Assembly (NCBI GenBank): GCA_965204725.1
Contig: OZ242005.1
Coordinates: 3,168,001-3,232,000, forward strand
DNA length: 64,000 bases
Origin: Candidatus Latescibacterota bacterium
GTDB lineage: Bacteria > Latescibacterota > UBA2968 > UBA8231
Direction of reading: 5' to 3'
The notes under the pieces: model-generated
What the model saw: the letters and a program-made list of their open reading frames with translations, nothing else
What the model was told of the DNA's origin: nothing
The model's database searches: none
Part shown: positions 19,425-28,618 of the stretch, piece by piece
Numbering within the stretch: position 1 is the first letter of the stretch
Layout: every line of letters begins with the position of its first letter
Program-made: the position numbers and the translations under genes

Positions 19425-20203
19425 ACATTCTCTTCGTCGCCGACATCTTTGCCCGGCCGGGTCGCCGGGTCGCCGCGGCCCTGATTCCCGAGTGGGTGCA
19501 ACAGCGCGACATCGCTCTCGTAATCGCCAACGGCGAAAATGCCGCCGGAGGATTTGGCCTCACCGAGCGCATTGCCCACAAGCTGCACAGCTATGGCATC
19601 GACGTCATCACCAGCGGCAACCACGTCTGGGACCGCCGCGAGTTCATCCCGTACCTAGACCAGTCAGGCCGCGTCCTGCGCCCCTTCAACTACCCCCAAG
19701 ACGCCCCCGGCATCGGGGCGACCATCGTCGCTGCACGCGGCGGTACTCCAGTGGCCGTGCTCTGCCTGCAAGGGCGCACCGGCATGCCCATCACCGACTG
19801 CCCCTTCCGCACGGGCCGCGCCGAAGCCGAACGCCTGCGCAGAGAGACGCCCCTAGTTTTTGTGGATTTTCACGCCGAAGCCACGGCCGAGAAAATGGCC
19901 ATGGGCTTCCACCTCGACGGACTGGCCACCGCGCTCATCGGCACCCACACCCACGTGCAGACCGCCGACGAGCGCATCCTGCCCAAAGGCACGGCGTACC
20001 TAACCGACGCCGGTATGACCGGCGTCCGCGAATCCGTGATTGGCGTACGTCCCGAATTGGCCATCCAACGCTTCCTCACCCAAGTTCCCACCCGCTTCAA
20101 GCCAGCCGATGGCCAAGCGGTTCTCTGCGGTGTGCTCGTCGAGGCCGACGAGACCAGCGGCCGGGCCACCCGCATTGAGCGATTGCAGCTAGCCGAGCCT
20201 TGA
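19421..20203 (+). CDS. ymdB: YmdB-like metallophosphoesterase (TIGR00282 family)
   Basis: NGENAAGG, GNHVWD, DFHAEATAEK, GTHTHVQTAD, TDAGMTG. Confidence 0.93.
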   Translation: MNILFVADIFARPGRRVAAALIPEWVQQRDIALVIANGENAAGGFGLTERIAHKLHSYGIDVITSGNHVWDRREFIPYLDQSGRVLRPFNYPQDAPGIGATIVAARGGTPVAVLCLQGRTGMPITDCPFRTGRAEAERLRRETPLVFVDFHAEATAEKMAMGFHLDGLATALIGTHTHVQTADERILPKGTAYLTDAGMTGVRESVIGVRPELAIQRFLTQVPTRFKPADGQAVLCGVLVEADETSGRATRIERLQLAEP

Positions 20204-20275
20204 CCGCGCCTCTACAGCGGCCTATCCTGTTTGCTTAAATCGAAATCGGCCTCCGCTTCCCCAACTGGATCCCCT

Positions 20276-21520
20276 ATGTCCTTTCAAGAGCCCGGCTTCT
20301 GGCCCGACGCCGAAGACGCATCCAACCGGCCGTACTCGGTCTCCGAAATCACCAGCCAAATCAAGGGCCTGCTCGACGAGACCTTGCCCTCCTGCTGGGT
20401 CGAGGGCGAGATCTCTCAGTACAACCACCACAGCTCGGGCCACCGCTATTTCACGCTCAAAGACAACGCGAGCCAGCTAAGCGCCGTGATGTTCAAATGG
20501 AAAGCAGGCTCGTTCTCCTTCATCCCCGAACAAGGCATGCAGGTGCAGGTGTACGGACGCATCTCCGTGTACGAGAGAGCGGGGAAGTACCAGTTCTATG
20601 CCGAGCAGATCAAACCCGCTGGCGTCGGGGAGTCGGCCATCGCCTTTGAGCGGCTCAAAAACCGCCTAGAGGCCGAAGGGCTTTTCGCTCCAAGCCGCAA
20701 GCGCCCCCTGCCCCCGTATCCCCGTACAATCGGCGTGGTGACCTCGCCAACCGGCGCGGCCATCCGCGACATCATCCAAGTCCTCAACCGCCGCGCCCCG
20801 GATATAGCTATCGTCCTCTGCCCCGCTCGGGTCCAAGGCGAGGGGGCCGCCGCTGAAATCGCCGAAGCCATCGCCCGCCTAAATCAGCTCGGCGACGTGG
20901 ACGTGTTGATCGTCGGGCGCGGCGGCGGCGCGCCAGAAGACCTCTGGCCCTTCAACGACGAATCCGTCGCCCGGGCCATCTACCAGTCGCCCCAACCCGT
21001 CATCTCGGCTGTCGGCCACGAGATCGATTACACCATCGCCGACTACGTGGCCGACAGCCGCGCCCCAACCCCCTCGGCCGCGGCCGAAATGGTCGCCCGT
21101 GAACGCAGTGCGTTGCGCGAGCGAATCGCCGAACAACAAGGCCGGTTACTCGCGGAAATGGAGCGCTACCTCCGCTCCTTAGCGGAGCGGTTGCGCCACT
21201 GCGACCCGAGCCGTCTGTGCGCCCGCCTCGACGACCGCTTGCAGCAGCAGAGCCTGCACCTCGACGAGCGGCGTCAAGCCCTCTATACCGCTTTCGATTG
21301 GTTTTTGCACACTCGGCGCGAGGCCCTAGCCAACGCCGCCACCCGCCTCGACGACCTCAGCCCGCTTACGAGCCTAGCGCGCGGTTTTGCCCTAGTCGAA
21401 CACGTCGCCAACCAACGCCTCATCCGCGACAGCAACGAACTCCAGCCGGGCGACAAACTACAACTGCGCTTTCGCCGCGGCGGTGCGATATGCCGTGTGG
21501 AGGAGAAACTCGATGAGTGA
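20276..21520 (+). CDS. xseA: exodeoxyribonuclease VII large subunit
   Basis: GH.YFTLKD, VVTSPTGAAIRD, RGGG..EDLW.FN, SAVGHE.D, RAPTPS. Confidence 0.95.
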   Translation: MSFQEPGFWPDAEDASNRPYSVSEITSQIKGLLDETLPSCWVEGEISQYNHHSSGHRYFTLKDNASQLSAVMFKWKAGSFSFIPEQGMQVQVYGRISVYERAGKYQFYAEQIKPAGVGESAIAFERLKNRLEAEGLFAPSRKRPLPPYPRTIGVVTSPTGAAIRDIIQVLNRRAPDIAIVLCPARVQGEGAAAEIAEAIARLNQLGDVDVLIVGRGGGAPEDLWPFNDESVARAIYQSPQPVISAVGHEIDYTIADYVADSRAPTPSAAAEMVARERSALRERIAEQQGRLLAEMERYLRSLAERLRHCDPSRLCARLDDRLQQQSLHLDERRQALYTAFDWFLHTRREALANAATRLDDLSPLTSLARGFALVEHVANQRLIRDSNELQPGDKLQLRFRRGGAICRVEEKLDE

Positions 21521-21743
21521 ATCTTTTGAAGAATCGCTAGCCGTGCTCGAAGAGAGCGTCCAGCGCCTCGAAGCAGGCGACCTCAAGCTCGAAGAGGCCC
21601 TCAAAGTATTTGAACAGGGCGTCGCCGCCTCGCGCACCTGCGGCCAGTGGCTCGACCAGATCCGCGAGCGCGTCCAAGTCCTCACGGCCGACGCCGAGGG
21701 CCAGTTCCGCCTCTCCTTTCTGGACGACGAAGACGATCAATAG
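21513..21743 (+). CDS. xseB: exodeoxyribonuclease VII small subunit
   Basis: SFEE.L..LE..V..LE.G.L.LEEAL..FE.G. Confidence 0.93.
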   Translation: MSESFEESLAVLEESVQRLEAGDLKLEEALKVFEQGVAASRTCGQWLDQIRERVQVLTADAEGQFRLSFLDDEDDQ

Positions 21744-21764
21744 CCGCCCCTCGGCTTCGGCCCG

Positions 21765-23456
21765 ATGTTGACTCGCCTCTACATCAAGGACTTTGCCCTT
21801 ATCGAAGAAGCGGTGATCGAATTCGGCCCTCGCCTCAACGTCATAACCGGCGAGACCGGGGCCGGCAAGTCCATTCTCATCGGTGCCCTCAACTCCATCC
21901 TCGGCGGGCCTGTCAGTGCCGAGCTGGTGCGCAAAGGGGCTAGCTCGTGCGCGGTGGAGGGCTTTTTTGAACTCAGCGACCCAAGCCAAGTCGAGCGCTT
22001 GGCCGAGCTGGGCGTTCTCTTGGAGGACAGCCAACTCATCCTCCGCCGCGAGATCCGCGCCCCAGGCCGCTCGCGCGCCTTTGTCAACGGCCAAGGCCAG
22101 CCCATCAAGCAACTCAAGCAAATCGGCGCGCTATTGGTTGACCTGCACGGCCAACACGAACACCAATCGTTGCTCGACCCCAAGCTCCACGTCCGCTTTC
22201 TCGACGCGTTTGCCGGCCTTGAGGACCAGCGCCGCCTCGTGGGACAGCACTGGCGCACTTGCCGCGATAGCGCAGCCCGCCTCGACCAACTGCACACCGA
22301 GCGCGACGAGCTGACCGCCGAGGACGAGCTGCGCGCCTTCGAGTTGGAAGAGATCCGCGGCCTCGCACCCCAACCGGGCGAAGAGCCCGCGCTAGAGCGC
22401 GAGTTGCAAGTCCTCGAAAACGCCGAGACCCTATCCGAGGGCGGCCTCCAGCTCTACGACCTACTCTATCAGCGCGAAGGCGCGGTTTGCGAAGCCCTAG
22501 GCCAAGTTCGTCGTCAGCTCGGTCGGCTCCGCGAAATCGACCCTGCGCTCAGTCCCCAAACCGCGGCCTTAGAGGAGCTGATCTACGAGGTCGAAGATCT
22601 AGCCGGCCAACTCCGCGACTACGCCCGCAGAATTGAGGTGCGCCCCGGGCGGGCCGACGAACTGCGCGAGCGCCTCGACGGCCTGCGCACCCTTAAAAAG
22701 AAATACGGCGGCACCCTCGACGCCGTCGTAGAGCGCGCCCGTGCGCTTTCGGCGCGCGCAGACCGCGCAGAACGCCTCCGCGACGAATTGACCCAAGCGG
22801 CTGAACGCCGCGATCGCGCGCTCGCCGAGTTTGCCACCTGCTGTCTAGCCCTTTCTGCGGCGCGGCAGCAGGCCAGCGCTACCTTGTCGCGCTTGCTAGT
22901 CGCCACCCTCGGGGAGTTGGGCATGGCCAAGGCCCAGTTCTACATCGAGCTGGTGACGACCGAGGATTCTGCAGGGGCGGTTGAGCGCGACGGGCGTCGC
23001 TACGCAGCCGGCGAGCACGGCATGGAGCACGTCGCCTTCCACATTTCCGCTAGCGCCGGTCAACCCCCGCGCGCCCTAGCGCGCATTGCTTCGGGCGGGG
23101 AAATTTCGCGCGTGATGCTGGCCCTCAAGGAAGCTATCGCCGGGCGCGACCTCGTTTCGACCTTGGTCTTCGACGAAATCGACGTGGGGATCTCGGGGCG
23201 CATCGCCGCGGCCGTCGGTCGCAAGCTACAGTCCCTCTCCGCAACGCGCCAAACCATCGTCATCACTCATCTACCGCAGATTGCCAGCCTCGCCGACCAG
23301 CACTTTTCAGTGCGCAAGCAGCAGGTGCAGCAGCGGACCACCACCGAGGTCTTGCTACTCAACGCCCAGGCCCGCGCCGAAGAAATTGCCTATCTATTGG
23401 CCGGCGAAACCATTTCGGATACCGCCCGCCAACACGCCCGCGAAATGCTGCAATAG
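21765..23456 (+). CDS. recN: DNA repair protein RecN
   Basis: TGETGAGKS, HGQHEH, ASGGE.SR, FDEID, ITHLPQ. Confidence 0.97.
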   Translation: MLTRLYIKDFALIEEAVIEFGPRLNVITGETGAGKSILIGALNSILGGPVSAELVRKGASSCAVEGFFELSDPSQVERLAELGVLLEDSQLILRREIRAPGRSRAFVNGQGQPIKQLKQIGALLVDLHGQHEHQSLLDPKLHVRFLDAFAGLEDQRRLVGQHWRTCRDSAARLDQLHTERDELTAEDELRAFELEEIRGLAPQPGEEPALERELQVLENAETLSEGGLQLYDLLYQREGAVCEALGQVRRQLGRLREIDPALSPQTAALEELIYEVEDLAGQLRDYARRIEVRPGRADELRERLDGLRTLKKKYGGTLDAVVERARALSARADRAERLRDELTQAAERRDRALAEFATCCLALSAARQQASATLSRLLVATLGELGMAKAQFYIELVTTEDSAGAVERDGRRYAAGEHGMEHVAFHISASAGQPPRALARIASGGEISRVMLALKEAIAGRDLVSTLVFDEIDVGISGRIAAAVGRKLQSLSATRQTIVITHLPQIASLADQHFSVRKQQVQQRTTTEVLLLNAQARAEEIAYLLAGETISDTARQHAREMLQ

Positions 23457-23462
23457 CCCGGC

Positions 23463-23987
23463 ATGTTGGCCAATTTTCTCAGCGTCCTGCGGGTTCTACT
23501 CATCCCCTTTCTGCTCTACTTCATCGCCCAAGGGCCAGCGGCCCAACTCCAAGCCGTGCTCCTGCTGCTCATCGCCGGCGCCACGGACATCGGCGACGGC
23601 TGGGTGGCGCGGCGCTACGACCAAGTCTCCCGCCTCGGCAAGATACTCGACCCACTGGCCGATAAAATTTTTCTCGCCTGCCTACTCGGCGCCCTAGTCC
23701 ACTGGCGCGATTTGCCGCTGTGGCTTTTGGCGATGCTCTTGGTCCGCGACTTGGCAATCGTGTTGGTGGGGGGGTTGTTCTTGCGTTCACAGGGGCTGGT
23801 CATTGCCGCCAATCGCTGGGGCAAATACACGACCGTCTGCATGGCACTTACGGCCTTCAGCTACATCCTCGATGCCCCGTCCAGCTTGCGCACGGGGCTG
23901 AGCTGGGCCGCGGCGGCCTTGGTCGTCATCTCCAGCTTGAGCTACGCCCAACTCGCGCTCAGGCTCTTGCAACGAGACCGAACTTGA
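23463..23987 (+). CDS. pgsA: CDP-alcohol phosphatidyltransferase (PgsA-like)
   Basis: TD..DG..AR......LG..LDP.ADK motif; GK.TT. Confidence 0.85.
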   Translation: MLANFLSVLRVLLIPFLLYFIAQGPAAQLQAVLLLLIAGATDIGDGWVARRYDQVSRLGKILDPLADKIFLACLLGALVHWRDLPLWLLAMLLVRDLAIVLVGGLFLRSQGLVIAANRWGKYTTVCMALTAFSYILDAPSSLRTGLSWAAAALVVISSLSYAQLALRLLQRDRT

Positions 23988-23989
23988 AG

Positions 23990-24139
23990 TCAGTTGGGCC
24001 GAATCAAGCGACGCCAGCGCCGATAGGATCGCTCGTCCCAAGCGCGACGCCGGGCGTAGCCATAGATCATCGCCAGCACCTTGCGCCGCAAAGCTAGCTC
24101 GTGCAGGTCGATTTTCCCGTCTGGTTCTCTGCGCGTCAC
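23990..24139 (-). CDS. possible 49-aa basic protein
   Basis: GTG-start ORF MTRREPDGKIDLHELALRRKVLAMIYGYARRRAWDERSYRRWRRLIRPN, converging on pgsA; no SD. Confidence 0.3.
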   Translation of the reverse strand: MTRREPDGKIDLHELALRRKVLAMIYGYARRRAWDERSYRRWRRLIRPN

Positions 24140-24247
24140 AATCGAAGGGATGGGGGTAGGGGTGAGAGGATTAAGCGGAAGACGAGGCCAAAACAGTTAG
24201 CCGCTTAACCATATTTTTTCGCCTTTTGCTTCAACTGCTGTCGCTTC

Positions 24248-24395
24248 CTATAGCAGTCCTAAATGACTCGAAAGCATGAAATGTTGATCGGCCCGGTCTT
24301 TTTTGCCTATCAGGCGTCATTCCCGCGAACGGACGTCGCCCCGTGCCCCGACACGGGGCGGGAATCCAGTCTTGAATGATGTAGGATTGCTATAG
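24248..24395. mobile_element. MITE-like element with terminal inverted repeats and internal REP-like hairpin
   Basis: Left end CTATAGCAGTCCTAAATGA; right end reverse-complements to CTATAGCAATCCTACATCA (16/19 match); internal attcccgc...gcgggaat stem enclosing ccccgtg...cacgggg. Confidence 0.7.
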
Positions 24396-24740
24396 CTGTC
24401 CGTATCGCCGCTTACAGACTCAATCGCCTTTGGTAGTTCGTTCTGCTTGGCATCGCTGGGCACGTCCATGGTAGTCGCTAACAAGATCGCCCAATACGAA
24501 ACGTCCTCTTTCCGTAACGGCCAAGTGTCCATTGGAATCCTCCAAAAAGCCGGCTGTGATAAGCGTTTGAACATTTTCTTCAACCGCTCCCTCTGAAAGG
24601 GAAATACCCTTAATTCGACCGGTATGAGGCCGCTTTTGTGTCTGATGTAAGGTAGAATACCAAGTGCCTCAGTCAATATAAAAGCCTCAAGGATCTGGCA
24701 GCCGAGGGGCAACGCAAGGAATGTTGGAAAGGTTTATGAG

Positions 24741-26645
24741 ATGGCCGCGCTGCGCTTAGCCGCGCTCATCGTCGGCATTACGGTCGCCAGCGGGTGGTTG
24801 CTCCAGCGCGTCGAGTTGCTGTACAACGGCCCGCATTTGGCCGGGGCCGGGAGTATGCCGGGGGGCCAAGTCTTTCTCGCGGTGCCCTTGGGAGCCTTGG
24901 CCGCCGTTACCTTAATGCGGCGCGTGCTCGGCCCGGGGGATCGCGCGGTGCTTTACGCCGCGTTGACCATTGGGGTGTCGGCGACCGCTTCCGGCCTGAT
25001 GCACCGGTTTTTGCCGAGCTTGGTGACGGGTTTCTACGGGGGCTTTGCCCGGCCGACCGGCCCCTATTACCGCTTTCTGCAAGTCGTCCCGGACTGGCTG
25101 GTCCCGGGCGGGCCGAATGAGGTGCCGGCCATCGGGGCGTTTGAGGGCGGCGCGGCCGTGCCTTGGGGCGCGTGGCTGGGGCCGCTAGCAATGTGGACCG
25201 CGTTTTTCGGGGCGTTCTTTCTGACCTGCTTCTGCTTGGTGTGGCTTTTGCGGCAACGCTGGCTGGAGGTTGAGCGGTTGGGGTTCCCGCTGCTTGAAGT
25301 ACCCCGCGCCTTCGTGGCCGGAGGCCTGTTTGGCCAGCGGCTTTTTTGGTGGGGCGCGTTGGTGCCGGGCGCGTTGCTGGGGATCAATGGCTTGCATCAC
25401 TACGCGCCGACCGTGCCCGAGATCGCCACGGGCCTGAACATGGCTCATTTCCTCCTCGACGACCCGTGGAAAGCCATGGCACCCTTTGAGTCGCCGTTCT
25501 ACTTCGACTTTGTTCCCCTATTGGTGGGCGCGGCCTTTCTCGCGCCCGTAGAAGTGTCGTTCAGCACGTGGTTGTTCTATCTGCTCACCCGCGTCCAATT
25601 GTTGGTGGCCCATTTTCTCGGGCGACTTGAGTATCGCGGCGACTTCATCCCCGGGCACGGGTCGCCGTGGCTAGATTGGCCCAGTCACTTCCCCTTTTTT
25701 ATGGCGCAGGCGCGCGGTGGCCTGCTGTTTTTGGGGCTGCTCAGCCTGTGGTCGGCGCGGCGAGCCTTGGCCGCGGCGATCGCTTGGCGCAGCCGGGCGA
25801 CGTGGGGGCTAGTAGTCGGGCTGCTGGTGCTGTGGGCTTGGACTGCGGCTTTGGGGGTGCCGCCGCTTATGGGCATTGCGGCGTTGTTGCTGGTGTTGCT
25901 GTTGGCATTGACGTTTGCGCGCCTGCGGATCGACGGGGGCCTGCCCATTGTGGGGATGCCGCAGATTGTGGGCTACCTGTTCTTCGTGGTGTTGGGGACC
26001 GGAGCCGGGCGGTTTGCCGATGCGACGTACATGGGCTTTGGATTTTTGGCGGTGTTTGGCTTTACGATGATTGGGCTTTGGCCGGCCTTGCAATTTGAGG
26101 GGCTGAAGTTGGCCGAGATGCACGGGGTGTCGCCGCGTCGCTTGATTGGGGGGATGACGTTGGGGTTGGCTGTCGGGCTGGGAGCCGGCTATGTGTTTTC
26201 GCTGGAGACGATCTACGAGCACGGGCTGTTCGCCTTGCAGGAGCAGGGCGGGGCGCAGGCGGAAGCGCGCATTGGCCGCTACTACAACTACTTGTTCAAG
26301 GACGCGGGCACCGTGGATGGCGGCACGGACTGGATGCGCTTGGGGTTTCACGCGGCCGGGGCGGGTTTTACCTATTTCTTGGCGTTGATGCGCCAGCACT
26401 TTCTCCGCTGGCCCTTGCATCCCATGGGCTTTGTGTTTGGCACGGGTTTTGGCTGGCTGGTGTGGGGCTCGGTGTTGTGCGGCTGGCTGTGCAAGTGGCT
26501 GGCCGTGCGCTACGGCGGAGCGCGAACCTACCGGCGGGTCCGGCCGTTTTTCTTGGGGATGATTGGCGGGGAGATCGCGCTGCGGCTGGTGTGGGCCGCG
26601 GTCGCGCTATGGCAGGGTGAGATAGGAGGGGGATACCGGCCGTGA
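24741..26645 (+). CDS. polytopic membrane protein, DUF6785/DUF6784-like (putative peptide transporter subunit)
   Basis: Many TM helices; W..W..P, ERL.FPL, WPLHP.G and RYGG...YRR.RPFF.G motifs. Confidence 0.7.
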   Translation: MAALRLAALIVGITVASGWLLQRVELLYNGPHLAGAGSMPGGQVFLAVPLGALAAVTLMRRVLGPGDRAVLYAALTIGVSATASGLMHRFLPSLVTGFYGGFARPTGPYYRFLQVVPDWLVPGGPNEVPAIGAFEGGAAVPWGAWLGPLAMWTAFFGAFFLTCFCLVWLLRQRWLEVERLGFPLLEVPRAFVAGGLFGQRLFWWGALVPGALLGINGLHHYAPTVPEIATGLNMAHFLLDDPWKAMAPFESPFYFDFVPLLVGAAFLAPVEVSFSTWLFYLLTRVQLLVAHFLGRLEYRGDFIPGHGSPWLDWPSHFPFFMAQARGGLLFLGLLSLWSARRALAAAIAWRSRATWGLVVGLLVLWAWTAALGVPPLMGIAALLLVLLLALTFARLRIDGGLPIVGMPQIVGYLFFVVLGTGAGRFADATYMGFGFLAVFGFTMIGLWPALQFEGLKLAEMHGVSPRRLIGGMTLGLAVGLGAGYVFSLETIYEHGLFALQEQGGAQAEARIGRYYNYLFKDAGTVDGGTDWMRLGFHAAGAGFTYFLALMRQHFLRWPLHPMGFVFGTGFGWLVWGSVLCGWLCKWLAVRYGGARTYRRVRPFFLGMIGGEIALRLVWAAVALWQGEIGGGYRP

Positions 26646-28612
26646 GGACCGACGAACTGACCAGTTACCGCGACCTGATGCAGCCGCCGACGCGCTTTCG
26701 CACGGGCTTTACGGCGCGCACGGTGGCCGGGGCGTTCTTCGTCGGCTTTATCATGATGCCCGGTGCCATTTACATGGGCCTGATTGCCGGCACCTCGCTC
26801 GGCGCGGCCGCCGAATGGGTGACCATCATCCTGTTTTCCGAGTTGGCGCGGCGTTCCTTTTCTGCGCTAACGCGCCAAGAGATTTACCTGATCTACTACA
26901 TTGCCGGTGGCTTGGCCGGCGTCATCGGCGGCACCATGCTGGCCGGTGGGCCGTTTGGGCAACTCGTGTGGAACCAGTACCTCGCCCAGTCGCCGGCCGC
27001 GGCGGGCTTTGGCATTGCCGAGCACATTCCAGCATGGGTTGCGCCGCCGGTCGGTTCGGACGCGCTAATCGGGCGCAGCTTTTTGCACCGGGCGTGGATT
27101 CCGCCGGTGGTCGTGCTGGTCGCCTCGCAGGTTTTGTCGCGGGTCGAGTGGTTCGCGCTCGGCTACATCCTCTTTCGGGTCACGTCCGATGTGGAGCGTT
27201 TGCCCTTTCCACTGGCCCCGGTCGCCGCGCAGGGGGCGACGGCCCTGGCCGAGGGCGACGAAGGGCGGGATAGCTGGCGGTGGCGGGTTTTCTCGGTGGG
27301 CATGGGGATTGGTTTGCTGTTCGGCGCGGTGTACGTGGGCTTGCCCGCGCTGACCGGGTTGATCGCCAGCGATCCCATCGTCCTGCTGCCCATTCCTTGG
27401 ATCGACTTGACGCGCACGACCCAAGGCATTTTGCCGGCCGCGCCTTTGGGCATTGGCACGGACTTGGGCTTGGTGTTGTTGGGGATGGTGCTGCCGTTTT
27501 GGATTGTCGTCGGCACGTTTGCCGCGGCCATGGTCCACGCCTTGGGTAGCCCGATTCTCTATCATCTTGGGGCGCTGCCGCACTGGCGCCCAGGCATGGA
27601 CGCGATCCTGACGAATTTCGCCAATGACATCGACGTGTGGATGAGCGTGTACATTGGCGCTGGGGCGGCCGTGGGCGCGATTGGCTTGTTGCACGCCGTG
27701 CTGTCGGTGCGGGCGTCGCGCCGTCAGGGCGAGCGCCGCCCGTTGCGGGATACGCCGCCCGGGCGGGGCGACTTTCCGCTGTGGATAGCGGTTGTCGGAT
27801 ACGCGCTATCGACGCTGGCCATGGTCGGGCTGTGCGTGTTGCTCCTAGAGGACGATGAGTTTCCGCTGGTCTTTTTGCTGCTCTTCGGCTTCGTATTGAC
27901 GCCGGTGATTTCATACGTCAATGCGCGCATGGCCGGGTTGACGGGTCAGTTGGTCAGCTTCCCGCTGCTGCGCGAAGGGGCTTTTATCTTGAGCGGCTAC
28001 CGAGGCATAGATATATGGTTCGCGCCCATTCCATACTCCGATCACGGCCGGCGCGCCCAGCTCTTCCGCGAAGTGGAGCTGACCGGGACGCGCTTCTCGT
28101 CCATCCTCAAGGCCGAGTTGTTGCTGTTGCCGCTGAGCTTGGTCTGCGGCTTTGTGTTTTGGTCGCTGGTCTGGCAGATGGAGCCCATTCCCTCGCCGAC
28201 CTTCCAATACGCGCAGACGTATTGGCATCTCATCGCGCTGCGCCAGTGCTTGTGGTACTCGGCGACGTTGGGCGGGGAAACGCTGTTTGACGAGGCGATT
28301 AAGGGCTGGTGGATCGCGGGGAGTTTTGTGCTGGCCGGGGGGACGTTTGGAATTATGTCGTGGTTGGGGTGGCCGATTTCGCTCGTGTACGGGTTTGTGC
28401 GCGGCCTTTCGGGGCTGCCGCATTTGCTAATCCCGGAGATGGCCGGGGCCCTGCTGGCGCGCTATTGGCTGGAGCCGCGCTTTGGGGCGCAGCAGTGGCG
28501 GCAATACGCGCCGGTGTTGTTGGCTGGATACGCCTGCGGCATGGGCTTGGTGGGCATGTCGGCCGTGGCCGTTGCCTTAATATCCAAGTCGGTGACCCAG
28601 TTGCACTATTGA
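26642..28612 (+). CDS. OPT-superfamily-like membrane transporter
   Basis: MMPG.IYMGL, AAEWVTIILF.E, TSD.E.LPFP.APV; many TM helices; 4-nt overlap with the upstream gene. Confidence 0.7.
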   Translation: MRTDELTSYRDLMQPPTRFRTGFTARTVAGAFFVGFIMMPGAIYMGLIAGTSLGAAAEWVTIILFSELARRSFSALTRQEIYLIYYIAGGLAGVIGGTMLAGGPFGQLVWNQYLAQSPAAAGFGIAEHIPAWVAPPVGSDALIGRSFLHRAWIPPVVVLVASQVLSRVEWFALGYILFRVTSDVERLPFPLAPVAAQGATALAEGDEGRDSWRWRVFSVGMGIGLLFGAVYVGLPALTGLIASDPIVLLPIPWIDLTRTTQGILPAAPLGIGTDLGLVLLGMVLPFWIVVGTFAAAMVHALGSPILYHLGALPHWRPGMDAILTNFANDIDVWMSVYIGAGAAVGAIGLLHAVLSVRASRRQGERRPLRDTPPGRGDFPLWIAVVGYALSTLAMVGLCVLLLEDDEFPLVFLLLFGFVLTPVISYVNARMAGLTGQLVSFPLLREGAFILSGYRGIDIWFAPIPYSDHGRRAQLFREVELTGTRFSSILKAELLLLPLSLVCGFVFWSLVWQMEPIPSPTFQYAQTYWHLIALRQCLWYSATLGGETLFDEAIKGWWIAGSFVLAGGTFGIMSWLGWPISLVYGFVRGLSGLPHLLIPEMAGALLARYWLEPRFGAQQWRQYAPVLLAGYACGMGLVGMSAVAVALISKSVTQLHY

Positions 28613-28618
28613 GGCCGG

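Noticed and set aside
19156-20178. 340-aa alternative-frame ORF and similar long Arg/Pro-rich ORFs elsewhere
   Set aside because: GC-rich frame artefacts overlapping well-supported genes
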